From a virus, in the IMG/VR virus record IMGVR_UViG_3300032046_000016, positions 16,905 through 80,904 of that record: 64,000 nt of DNA. One strand, given 5' to 3'. Of this stretch, positions 46,777-55,937 are shown in pieces (the first letter of the stretch is position 1; each line of letters opens with the position of its first letter). Under the pieces are notes generated by a model. The model was not told where the DNA came from. It saw only the letters and a list, made by a program, of their open reading frames with translations, and searched no databases. A program made the position numbers and the translations under genes.

Positions 46777-48504
46777 TCAACTCAGTCCCGCTGGCCACAG
46801 GATCTCGGCCGCCCTGACCATGCCTCGGCCCGGGTACTCGATGGCGCCCAGGGTTCGCAGGCGGCCCAGGTTGTTAAAGTAGCCACCGCTGGTGGGCGAC
46901 ACCCCCAACTGGACGGCCAGATCGTCTTTCTGCGCGGCCTCGGGGTACATCTCGATCAAGGCTCTGAGGATGGCACTCTGTGCACGGGGCAGGATTCGAT
47001 ACCAGGACTCGTGGAGCTCGGCGACGCCAGTGATCGGTTCCACGGGCCCGGCCGCCTCACGGCCGGCGTCGGTCAGGGAGACGTAGCTGGGCTGGGGATA
47101 GTCGAGCAGGCCAAGGCTGCGGAGCCGGCCGAGGTTATTGAAGTAGCCGCCGCTGGTCGGGGACGCGCGGGCGTGCACCGCCACCATGTTCTTGTGGACC
47201 TGGCTGATGCCGAGCGGCTCGAAGGCGGCCAGCACGTCCAGGATGCGCTGCTGCGGGCGCGAAAGGGCGCCCTCCTGATTCGAGAACGGAGCCGGAGCCG
47301 GCGACCTGGCCACCGAGGGCTGCGGTGGCGCTGAGACGGGCGCAGGGCGGGCCGGCGCTGCTGCCTCGGAGGGCTCGGCCAGCTTACCAAGGCCGGACAA
47401 GATGCGCTCAGCCTGTTGGGTGAGCAGCCCGGCGGTCTGTCGCAACACTCCCTCCAGCCTCTCGGCCTCTCGATTCACGCGCCGAAGTGCCACCTCCTGT
47501 TCCCGAGCCGCCGCCGCCACCGCCGCCTTCACCCTCTTCTCAATCGCCGTCTCGTCCACCACCGGCCCTTCCCTGGAGGCCAGGGTCAGCCGGCGCTTCA
47601 GGTCGGCGATCTCCCGCCGCATCGCATCCGCCGTCCTCACCTGTTCCTCGGCTTCCGCCGGCAGGTCCGCAAGGCGCGGTAGCAGGCCGCGCACCTTCTC
47701 GGTCGGCGGCGGTGCCTTGAACGCCAGCCGGGCGCCAGCCTTCGGGTGTGTAGTGAGGATGCCGCCAACCTTCACGCGGGAGACGGCGCGGGTGAGAGCG
47801 GGCCCAAAGGCGTAGAACTCGCCGGGCTCCAGATCCCGGAGCGTCTGCTGCTCCTCCCGCCCGACGAAGCCCAGCTCTTCAGAGGCGCGGCGCATATCGA
47901 CGTCGAGGGCGCTGCGCCCGATCAGCTTGTTGTTGCACTCGGCGGCGGCGTCCTTGTGGAGCTTCGACAGGCGCTGCGTGGCGAGCACGGCGCAGAAGCC
48001 ACGCTTCCGACCCCGCGTCGCTAGGTCGATCACGGCGCTGGCGCTTTCGGCCTCGCCTCGCTGCGGGCAATAGACGTGCGCCTCGTCGACCACCACGAGC
48101 GTCGGATGCCAGAGCGTCTTCGGCGCGTCGATCAGCGCCTCCAGGAATAGCCGGACGAAGCGCACCCGCTCGTGCGCCTTCAGCTCGTAGATGTCCAGGA
48201 CGGCGGAGGCGCCCAGCTCCAGGAGGCGGTGTGCCAGGAGCTTCGCCGACCGCGGGTCGGCGGCCGTGTCCCCGCCGGACCTGGCGGCCAGGACGTAGTC
48301 GAACCGCTCCCGCAGGCTGGCGAATTCGCCCTCGGGATCGATCACCAGATGCTGGACCTGGCCGAAGGTCTGCTCCAAGATGCGGCGCAGGCACCAGGAC
48401 TTGCCGGCACCGCTGTTCGCCTGCACCAGCAAGCGCGTATCGACCAGCACGTTCAGCTCGCAGAACTGCTCGGTGCCATCGTGGGTGCCAATGACGAATC
48501 TCAT
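46777..48504 (-). CDS. HerA/FtsK-family (DUF87) ATPase with duplicated C-terminal wHTH
   Basis: ANSGAGKS, IDPEGEF, VVDEAH, GRKRG..ATQR; SPTSGGYFNNLGRLR twice. Confidence 0.85.
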   Translation of the reverse strand: MRFVIGTHDGTEQFCELNVLVDTRLLVQANSGAGKSWCLRRILEQTFGQVQHLVIDPEGEFASLRERFDYVLAARSGGDTAADPRSAKLLAHRLLELGASAVLDIYELKAHERVRFVRLFLEALIDAPKTLWHPTLVVVDEAHVYCPQRGEAESASAVIDLATRGRKRGFCAVLATQRLSKLHKDAAAECNNKLIGRSALDVDMRRASEELGFVGREEQQTLRDLEPGEFYAFGPALTRAVSRVKVGGILTTHPKAGARLAFKAPPPTEKVRGLLPRLADLPAEAEEQVRTADAMRREIADLKRRLTLASREGPVVDETAIEKRVKAAVAAAAREQEVALRRVNREAERLEGVLRQTAGLLTQQAERILSGLGKLAEPSEAAAPARPAPVSAPPQPSVARSPAPAPFSNQEGALSRPQQRILDVLAAFEPLGISQVHKNMVAVHARASPTSGGYFNNLGRLRSLGLLDYPQPSYVSLTDAGREAAGPVEPITGVAELHESWYRILPRAQSAILRALIEMYPEAAQKDDLAVQLGVSPTSGGYFNNLGRLRTLGAIEYPGRGMVRAAEILWPAGLS

Positions 48505-48894
48505 GGCAGCAGCGCCAGATTCATGCCGTCAGCCCGCCACACGCCAGCTCTATCGTCGTAATCGAGGTGGCCATCCCACACCAACACGTGGGTCGGATTG
48601 CGCTTCGGACATCGCGCCAAGAAGAGCAGGTCTCCATGCCCGCCCTTTCCCCGCAGGCGATACTTCTCCCCATCAATCACGATGGCGTCGCCGATCTTCG
48701 GTCCCTCGCTCGTCACTCGCCCTCCTCGACGTCGCGCAGGATCGTCTTCATCTCCTCGATCAGCCTGGACATCTCAGCGCGGCTCTCGCACCTCACTACC
48801 TTCCGACCATAGCCATCGGCCTCGAACAGGTTGGCCTCGCGCAGCCGCCGTACCAGGGCTGCCGCGTAGTCCTCCTGGGCGAACGTCGGCGTCG

Positions 48895-49482
48895 TCACGA
48901 GATCGTCCAGACGTCTGGATTTTCCCCAGCCTCGAGCTCGCCGAACCATCGCTCGCCCAACGCCAGCGCCTCCGCCATGCTGCCAACCGTCACTTTGTCG
49001 AACAGGAGGCTCTTATTCCGGTAGGCGCCCACGTAGTACCCATCCGTCCGCGGCGGCGTCAGCATGGTGCAGCGCGGCTCCAAGCAGATCTCCACCTCGT
49101 CGACCGTCTTGCTCCACGGCCGCCATATCGAGTCGAGCTCATCCCGGAGGCACAGCCCCCGCCAGCCTCGACGCCAGGCACGGGAACAGGGCGAGCAGAA
49201 ACAGCGAATGGCGACCGGGCGCTCGTCGGCCACGGCGGTGCGTTTCCAGAACGTCAGCAGGAGCTGCCGGTAGGGATCAAGGGACTCGCCGCGCCGACGC
49301 GCGGCGGCCTTCATCGCCACCTCGACCCGGAACTTGCGCCAATGGCACGACCAGCAGAGCGTCTCGACGTTCTCCTCGGAGTCATCACCGCCCCAGGACC
49401 TGGGCACGAGATGGTCGATCGTCAGGTGCTCCTCGAACCCGCACAGGGCGCAGGACGCGGCCACCTTATGCTTGGCGCTCAC
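48895..49482 (-). CDS. HNH endonuclease-domain protein
   Basis: CALCG..TIDHLVPRSWGG..N..LCWSCH. Confidence 0.8.
   Translation of the reverse strand: MSAKHKVAASCALCGFEEHLTIDHLVPRSWGGDDSEENVETLCWSCHWRKFRVEVAMKAAARRRGESLDPYRQLLLTFWKRTAVADERPVAIRCFCSPCSRAWRRGWRGLCLRDELDSIWRPWSKTVDEVEICLEPRCTMLTPPRTDGYYVGAYRNKSLLFDKVTVGSMAEALALGERWFGELEAGENPDVWTIS
48905..48920. repeat. 16-bp palindrome copy 3 (15/16)
   Basis: GTCCAGACGTCTGGAT. Confidence 0.75.
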
Positions 49483-49487
49483 GGCGC

Positions 49488-49934
49488 TTAGACCCTTCTG
49501 CAGACGTTGTCCTCAAGGCTCGCCGCCAGCCGGATCAGCATGGCCCGCTGCCCCTCGTTCAGTCTTTCCACGGCCTTCGGGAGCGCCGCCTCCACGATAG
49601 GCATTGCTTGCTCGAGCGCCTTCTCGCCGGCGGGCAGGAGCCGCACGAGGATCGCCCGGCGGTCCTTCGGATGCCGCTCGCGGCGAGCGTACTTCTTGCC
49701 CTCCAAGCGATCGATGATGCCCGTCAGCGTCTGAGCCTGACGGACCAGATTGTGCGCCAGGTCCGTATTGCGGCAGGGGCTCGCCTCCTTCAAGAAGAGG
49801 AGCGCCTGGAACTGGGCGATCGACAAATCGAGGTCTACCATCAGCGCGCGGTCCACGACAGCGCAGACGGCGTTGAACCCACGATAGACTGCCACCCAGT
49901 TCTCCAGGGTCGTTGACTTGGTTGCTGTGGTCAT
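49488..49934 (-). CDS. MarR-family transcriptional regulator
   Basis: LSIAQFQAL, IIDRLE.K, DRRAILVRL..AG. Confidence 0.88.
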   Translation of the reverse strand: MTTATKSTTLENWVAVYRGFNAVCAVVDRALMVDLDLSIAQFQALLFLKEASPCRNTDLAHNLVRQAQTLTGIIDRLEGKKYARRERHPKDRRAILVRLLPAGEKALEQAMPIVEAALPKAVERLNEGQRAMLIRLAASLEDNVCRRV

Positions 49935-50218
49935 ACCTTCCTCCGATTCGGCGGGGCATTTGCGGCGGCTCTCTCCGCTTCCTTCTCCCTTTCGGTCAGC
50001 GGCCTACTCGGGACAATCCGAACGTCTGGCGGTCGATTCGGGTGAAACGTGACCAGGATCATCGGTCGACCTCCGGTTGCTCACCCGCCGCCAGGAACGG
50101 AGAGGAGGCCCGTACAGGCTGCCGGTGGGCGCTGCGGGCAGACCCACGGACGCAGGACAGCGACGTAACCGCGTCTCTGTTCAACAACCCTTTCTCCTCT
50201 CCTGGCGAAGGGCAAGCA

Positions 50219-50617
50219 TCATAGATGGCGCACGGCCAGCTCAGGCAGGCGCCGGCGCACCTCCTCGGCGATCTGCACCCGATGGCACCCTACCGTGGCC
50301 TCGCAAGCGCATATCACCACTACTCTCTTGCCGTGGGCCAAGGCGTACTCAAGCATGGCCAGCTCGCGCTCGTCCCGGACGCCGCCGACCGCGTTGGCCG
50401 GGTGCCGCGCCGCCGCGAGGCCAGGCCGGTGAAGGTAGGGCGTCGCCGTCTCCTCGACGAGGCGCGCCATCGCCTCTTCCCGGAAGGGAGCCATCACCGA
50501 ATCGCGGACGAGCCGAATGTCCACGGCGGCGTCGGCCTGGGCCTCGTTCAGCATCTGCCAGACCTGGGGCGGTTGCCGGCGGCCCAGGCCCATGGTCAGG
50601 AGCTCACCACTTGACAC
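50219..50617 (-). CDS. DUF488-like protein
   Basis: VDIR, YLH..GL, CACE....CHR..IA. Confidence 0.6.
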   Translation of the reverse strand: MSSGELLTMGLGRRQPPQVWQMLNEAQADAAVDIRLVRDSVMAPFREEAMARLVEETATPYLHRPGLAAARHPANAVGGVRDERELAMLEYALAHGKRVVVICACEATVGCHRVQIAEEVRRRLPELAVRHL

Positions 50618-50710
50618 CGTTCAACCTCCGACTACAATCACCTCAGCCGTGCCTAACCGCACAGGCTGGATCGGACGCCGGCGTGTCGTTGGCACGGCGG
50701 CGTCGGTCTT

Positions 50711-50962
50711 TCACTGGTAGCTTGACCCCACCGGCGGCGGGCTGTGGGAAGGCAGAGCAGGCTGGGTGGCGTTTTTCCTCACACCGCGCTCCCACTCTTC
50801 CCTGAACATACCCCGTATCTGCTGCGCCAGCTCACGCTGCGCGGCCGGAACGTCCTCGCCTTCTTCCACGCTGGCCTCTGCACCCATCTCCAGGGTGCGC
50901 CAGCCGCCGTTGCTGAGTGGGGCGCTGTAGCGTTGCGTAAAGGAGATTCTATCGACCTTCAT
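50711..50962 (-). CDS. Hypothetical protein
   Basis: AGGAGGGCACC RBS, own promoter. Confidence 0.55.
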   Translation of the reverse strand: MKVDRISFTQRYSAPLSNGGWRTLEMGAEASVEEGEDVPAAQRELAQQIRGMFREEWERGVRKNATQPALPSHSPPPVGSSYQ

Positions 50963-50997
50963 TGGTGCCCTCCTGATTCATTGTGGTCGGCGGGTAT

Positions 50998-51026
50998 AAT
51001 GTACCACCCGACATCATCTGCGTCAA
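50998..51026 (-). promoter_or_regulatory. Sigma70-type promoter
   Basis: TTGACG-17-TACATT, extended TG. Confidence 0.7.
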
Positions 51027-51474
51027 TTCGGCATCCGCGTGATTCGGGAGACCCGGACGGCGGGTCACGGCAGGATCGAGAACGTGCGCACACGTGCGGG
51101 GTCGTCCCGCTACCGCCGCCCGGGTCATGGTAACTCCATCGGTTTCACTGTCCATTCGCCATCGTCGTAGACGAGGTCCAGCGCCTCGTTCACGCGGGAC
51201 AGGACGTCTACCTCCGGCGCCTTCTCGAACTTCGGCCGTTGCTCGACGAACACCGCCTTGCCGTCGTGCCGGTAACACTTCCAGCCGCCAGGCCGCGGCA
51301 CCATCGGCCAACGGCACAACGGACATCGAGGCGCTGCCTGGCCGCGCAGGAGGGCGGTCGGCGTCTGCGCCACCAGCTCCGGCGCATGCCGCATGAGCCA
51401 GAGCGTCCATGGCCCGAACCCGTAGGCGCCCAGGTAGCTGGCGCCGGCGTCGGGCGGTGGTGGCCCGCGGAGGT

Positions 51475-52071
51475 TCATCGACTGACCACAACGGTTCGGC
51501 CATTTCTTACCGACCGTCTCAGGCCGTAGCGCTCATAGTAGTCACCGACATCGGGCGGGCTCTGCGTGTAGCTGTGGGTCTTCGGCGCCCGCAGCAGCGC
51601 CTCGACCGGCTTGAGGTCCGCCGGATCGACGCACCAGCGATTGCGCACGACGTCGAACCTGCCCGGCAGGGTGCCGGCCTTCAGGAGCTCGCGCACTCGA
51701 TGGTACGGACAGCGATACTGCTGGGCGATCTCGGCCGCCGAGAGGAAGCCCTGATTCGCCCGCGCGCTCACGCCCAACCCCTTGCCTCCGAGCTTGGTCC
51801 GGGCGGCGCCTGTCGAACGGCCCAAGGCGCGCGCTATCGCCTTCAGCGTCATGACGCCGGCGTGCTCCAGGAGGAACGTGGTCTCTTCCTCCGTCCAGTC
51901 GAGGTTCCTCAGGCTCACGCGCGAAGCGTCGGCGCCGGCCGCTAGCCATCCACGGCCCATGGCGTGGAAGAACTCCAGCACCCGCGATGATGGCGGCCAG
52001 CTCATGCGGCCTTTCTTCAGGACGTTGTACGCCGAGTCGCAACATGGCAACCGACCATCCAGCTCGGCCAT
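51475..52071 (-). CDS. HTH DNA-binding protein (Myb-like + excisionase-like HTH)
   Basis: WTEEET.FL..IARALGRS; LSAAEIA..G.LPG..W.V. Confidence 0.6.
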   Translation of the reverse strand: MAELDGRLPCCDSAYNVLKKGRMSWPPSSRVLEFFHAMGRGWLAAGADASRVSLRNLDWTEEETTFLLEHAGVMTLKAIARALGRSTGAARTKLGGKGLGVSARANQGFLSAAEIAQQYRCPYHRVRELLKAGTLPGRFDVVRNRWCVDPADLKPVEALLRAPKTHSYTQSPPDVGDYYERYGLRRSVRNGRTVVVSR

Positions 52072-52154
52072 CGCCTCTCGAAGCCCTTCGAGGACGCGGT
52101 CACGCGTCCAGTAGCGCCGATTCCCAAAGGGGGAGGCTTGCCAACGTGGAGCGG

Positions 52155-52709
52155 TCAGCGCTTCCTCTCTCTTTCCTCAGGCTCCAGCCATGTCATGCCG
52201 AGGGCGTCGTACACCTCGCGCTCGGTCTTGCCGGCGATCTTCACCATCCGACCAGGCGGGTCGCTGTCCTTCTCGACGCGGTAGAGCCCGTACTGGTTCA
52301 GCTTCAGCCCCAGGGCGTCGGCGTGGCAGCGTTGGGCGATGTTCAGGCGGGCCGGGCCCGTCGCGTACATCATGGCCGCGCCGAGCGATTCGGCGGGCAC
52401 CACCCACACGTCCACCTTCACCTCGAAGCCCAGGGCGTCGAGCACCACCTGGTTGTGGCGGTTGCCCTTGCCGACCTCGCGCGCACCGGTCACGGACTCC
52501 AGGAGCAGGGGCAGGTTCGCGGCGAAGTCCTCGGCAACCTCAGGCTTCGCCACCACCACGAGATCGGCGTCGCCCACATAATGGACGCCGCGTCGAATCG
52601 ACCCGCAGAGAGCGGCGCTCTCCAGCCACCTGTCTCCCAGGACGGAGATCACCATGCCGGCTCCGTAGGCGGCGACGTAGGCCGGCACCGGCTCACGGTT
52701 CGTCGTCAT
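52155..52709 (-). CDS. Minimal family X DNA polymerase (palm+thumb only)
   Basis: GSIRRG..GDADLVV, KVDVW, YATG, GLKLNQYGL, E..VY..LG..W..PE.R. Confidence 0.85.
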   Translation of the reverse strand: MTTNREPVPAYVAAYGAGMVISVLGDRWLESAALCGSIRRGVHYVGDADLVVVAKPEVAEDFAANLPLLLESVTGAREVGKGNRHNQVVLDALGFEVKVDVWVVPAESLGAAMMYATGPARLNIAQRCHADALGLKLNQYGLYRVEKDSDPPGRMVKIAGKTEREVYDALGMTWLEPEERERKR

Positions 52710-52857
52710 AGAGCCCTCCCTTCCAGCCGGTCCCTGAGACGCTGCAAGACGTTGATCGCCTTGCCGATGTGGGGGTCGTGGTTAACGTGTTCGTCCTCAC
52801 AGGCGGCGCTCAGCTCTGCTATCGCCCCTTTGACCGCGCCGAGAATCTCGACTCGTC

Positions 52858-53598
52858 TCATCGCTCACCTCCCTCTTCCGGCGGCTCCAGACCGTCGCCA
52901 GCAACGCCTTCGAAGACCCGCAGGCGGGCTATCTTCTCGGCCACCCTAGCCGCGACGTCCTTCGTCAACTGCCGGAGATCGCTCGGAGTGATAAACACGA
53001 CGCCCGGCGCGCCCCAGCGCTCGGCGTCCTCTCTTCGCTTCTGTTCGACGAAGGTCTCAAGCGCGTACTGCAGGCACCTATCTACCTCTACCGCCACCGC
53101 CTTCACGCCGTCCTGGTGGCCTCGAACGTAGAGCCAGGCCAACCAGAAAGGCGTCTGTCGCTGGTAGCCTTCCCAGCCCTCGAACGGCCGGTAGCCTCTC
53201 TGCCGTAACGCAATCTCTAGGAGCGGCCCTTGGGGGAAGGGGATCGCCACATCCCAGGTCGCCGTCGGCGTGACGCGAGCGGCCCAGCGCCTGCGGATCT
53301 GCCGGAATGTCTCCTCGTCAGCGTCGGCCAGTGAAGCGTTGGCCCATTCAGTGAGCCGCGACCACCAGGCCAACCGCCGCCCGGCACGATCCCACCAGCG
53401 CCAGAGTAGAAGCGCGGCCTCGGCCTCCTGGTGATACTTCTTCGGCAGGTGGGGCCAGCAGTACAAGCGCTGAGTCCGACCGAGGCCGACAGCAAACCAA
53501 GGACGCGGACACGGACCGAGCCTCCATAGATTCGGGTAGCTGCAGTGCTTCCGCCACTCGTTCCCCTCGGCAAGTCGCACCCGGGCTTCAGTCACCAA
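52858..53598 (-). CDS. Hypothetical protein
   Basis: ORF in operon. Confidence 0.45.
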   Translation of the reverse strand: MVTEARVRLAEGNEWRKHCSYPNLWRLGPCPRPWFAVGLGRTQRLYCWPHLPKKYHQEAEAALLLWRWWDRAGRRLAWWSRLTEWANASLADADEETFRQIRRRWAARVTPTATWDVAIPFPQGPLLEIALRQRGYRPFEGWEGYQRQTPFWLAWLYVRGHQDGVKAVAVEVDRCLQYALETFVEQKRREDAERWGAPGVVFITPSDLRQLTKDVAARVAEKIARLRVFEGVAGDGLEPPEEGGER

Positions 53599-53914
53599 CG
53601 CTCACCTCACTGAACTCCAGGTCCGGCAAAGCGTTCGACCAGGCAGCGCGGATCTCCTCGGCCGTCGGTAGGTCTCGCATCGCCTCTCGCCGGCGTCGGT
53701 CGCTGTCCCGGCGCCGCCGGCGCTCCAGCGCCTTGGCGTGGGCGCATTCGTGACGGTACTGGTGACCCGGGCAGCCACAAGAGATTCCACCGTCTGAGCG
53801 CAGGGACAGCATCCAGTACCCCTCCTGGGTTCGGCTCTTACAGAGCCAGAGGTTGCTCCCCGCGATGCGGTAGATGACGAATCTTTCCTCGGGCACCATC
53901 TCAGGCTCCGTCAC
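53588..53914 (-). CDS. SWIM zinc-finger protein
   Basis: CGCPG...CAH. Confidence 0.65.
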   Translation of the reverse strand: MTEPEMVPEERFVIYRIAGSNLWLCKSRTQEGYWMLSLRSDGGISCGCPGHQYRHECAHAKALERRRRRDSDRRRREAMRDLPTAEEIRAAWSNALPDLEFSEVSVGD

Positions 53915-54830
53915 GGTCTAGCTCCTCCCTCATGGCGTCAACCGCGCGTTGGACCTTAGCCCGTTCGGTCGCTTCCTTGGCAGACATCTCCTGGTGCGCG
54001 GCCTCGTCGAACCATTCCTCCACGGCATCCCGGACGAGCTCTTCGAGGATCTCGGGCGGTAGGGCGTCAAGCTCAACGGCGGCGTCGCCGTGGGTATGGC
54101 GGAAGCCGAAGGACCGGCTGTCGCTGGCCTTCGTCGGAATCGGGGGCAGGTCATGCTCAACGACCAGCTCCGGCGTCAGGGCTACCTTCGTGATCTCGAA
54201 GTCCACGCCCACGAGCGCGAACATCTCCTCGCTAATGACCCTGAAGATGTCCTCGCCGGACGGGTCGAAGTCGCCGAAGTACAGCAGGTGGACCTCGCTA
54301 TCGAGACGGCCCTCAAGCTCCTCGTTGAACCGTTGCCCCGCCTCGACCAGGACGGTGTAGCTGGGATAGCCCTTGCACACGACCAGGTGGGCGCCATAAG
54401 GCCGGATCACGTCGCCGATGATGGCGCTCAACGCATCCTTCTCGGTCCAGACCTCGACGTAGTGCGGCTGGCCGTCGTTAGGCTTCCTGGCGTAGGACTC
54501 CCTCACCACGTCCAGGTAGTCGCTCAGGTCGGCGTAGCCTCTCGGTTTCGTGACGCTGCGGGCGCGGTCGACGAACTTGCTCGTGTCCAGGAGGTCTACC
54601 TTGCGCGCCTTCGTCAGCAGGTTCACGAGGTTCTGATAGCTCCGGGCGCTGTTCGGGATCACCAGCGCGGCCACCAGGCGATAGTAGAGCTGGCGGACGG
54701 TCATCGGCCGCGGCGAGGCTGTCAGGATCTCCCTGGCCTGGAGCAACAGCTCGAGGGATTGCAGCGTCGGCTGCCAAGAGAAGCCGTCGTACCGGCTATC
54801 GCTCGTGTAGCGTCCGCCTTCTTCAGACAT
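53901..54830 (-). CDS. Topo VI-A/Spo11-like wHTH-TOPRIM protein
   Basis: TVRQLYYRL, EVWTEKDAL, KGYPS, YFGDFDPSG, ELDAL. Confidence 0.82.
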   Translation of the reverse strand: MSEEGGRYTSDSRYDGFSWQPTLQSLELLLQAREILTASPRPMTVRQLYYRLVAALVIPNSARSYQNLVNLLTKARKVDLLDTSKFVDRARSVTKPRGYADLSDYLDVVRESYARKPNDGQPHYVEVWTEKDALSAIIGDVIRPYGAHLVVCKGYPSYTVLVEAGQRFNEELEGRLDSEVHLLYFGDFDPSGEDIFRVISEEMFALVGVDFEITKVALTPELVVEHDLPPIPTKASDSRSFGFRHTHGDAAVELDALPPEILEELVRDAVEEWFDEAAHQEMSAKEATERAKVQRAVDAMREELDRDGA

Positions 54831-55422
54831 CGACCAGGGCCTCCAACGCAGCCGGCCTCTTCTCGTTCTTCCCATTCCGGCCGTTCAGGACGAGGTCCAG
54901 GAACCATAGCTGGTCGACCTTCCTCAGGTCGAAGGCCAGCGGGTTCTGCCGGACGAACCTCAGCGCCGCATCGTCAGAGATGTAGTAGACGTCGCGCTCC
55001 AGCTCCGTCCCGCGCATGGTCGCTTCGAGCAGGCCGGCGCGTATCCAACCCGACACCTTGTGGTCGTCAACGCCGAACGCCTGGGCCAGGGCACGGGCGG
55101 TGTAGCCCTCGTCCGTCTTGCGCAGCCCGAGCCGCTTCTTCTTCACCGCGACCGCCGTCACCGTCCGACCCATCCTGCGCGCCAAGCGCTGGATGCTGTA
55201 GCGGGAGTAGTTCGCCTCCAAGTACGCGACCTCTTCCGCGCTCCATCGCAGCTCCTTCACGCGCGCCAGCCCCAGCTCCTGCGCCCTCTTTCTCACTACC
55301 CATCGAGGCCGTCGCAGCATCCGCGTCAGGTCCGTGATCGTCTCGGTCCGGCTGTCGTACCTTGCCCGGAGCAGGGCATCCTCGTCAGGCCGCCAGTACC
55401 ATCTCTTGGCGCCCACGGTCAC
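54823..55422 (-). CDS. Multi-HTH DNA-binding protein
   Basis: Two W..EE..L repeats plus excisionase-like HTH. Confidence 0.6.
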   Translation of the reverse strand: MTVGAKRWYWRPDEDALLRARYDSRTETITDLTRMLRRPRWVVRKRAQELGLARVKELRWSAEEVAYLEANYSRYSIQRLARRMGRTVTAVAVKKKRLGLRKTDEGYTARALAQAFGVDDHKVSGWIRAGLLEATMRGTELERDVYYISDDAALRFVRQNPLAFDLRKVDQLWFLDLVLNGRNGKNEKRPAALEALVDV

Positions 55423-55656
55423 TTGCCTCGCCGCAGGGCCAGCAGCTCTCGCAGGGAGTCGCGGAACTCGCGGGCCATGTCGCCGTAGACCACCTTCATG
55501 GCCTGGTACGGCTCCCGATCCCGCTTGACCCGGTACTCCTGCAGGTTGTGGTAGAGTGCTCGGCACTGGGCTTCAAGAGCGGTGACGACCTCTCTACCAG
55601 TTGCTGCGGGCATTTTCGCCTTCCTTCCTTCGTCGTTGTTATTCGCCTATGAGTAA

Positions 55657-55685
55657 AGTGTAGCAGGTGACAACAGTGTTGTCAA
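55657..55685 (-). promoter_or_regulatory. Promoter with operator TGACAAC-N3-GTTGTCA (55668-55684)
   Basis: TTGACA-17-TACACT, extended TG. Confidence 0.8.
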
Positions 55686-55703
55686 TGAGTTTGGCGCGCT
55701 GAG

Positions 55704-55732
55704 TTGCGCTCTGAAGTACCATCCGGTACACT
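55704..55732 (+). promoter_or_regulatory. Divergent promoter, probably leaderless transcript
   Basis: TTGCGC-17-TACACT, 7 nt before ATG 55740, no SD. Confidence 0.55.
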
Positions 55733-55739
55733 GCCGACG

Positions 55740-55937
55740 ATGCGCACTCAAAGGCCGCTGCCTGAAGGCTACGTGACCGTCCGCGAGGCGATGAAGATAC
55801 TCGGGCTCAGGTCCCGGCGCTGGGTGTACGCCCTCATCGAGAAGGGCAAGCTGACCCGGTACGTTCTGCCCATCAATGGTTTCACGGTCCTCAAGCGGGA
55901 CGAGGTGGAGAGCCTTCTTGCGGTGCGCCGGCCGTGA
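55740..55937 (+). CDS. Excisionase/MerR-like HTH protein
   Basis: YVTVREAMKILG..R.WVY.LI..GKL. Confidence 0.75.
   Translation: MRTQRPLPEGYVTVREAMKILGLRSRRWVYALIEKGKLTRYVLPINGFTVLKRDEVESLLAVRRP

Noticed and set aside
46850-47165. Direct repeat as a DGR template/variable pair
   Set aside because: Both copies are in-frame wHTH repeats of one protein; no reverse transcriptase in the window
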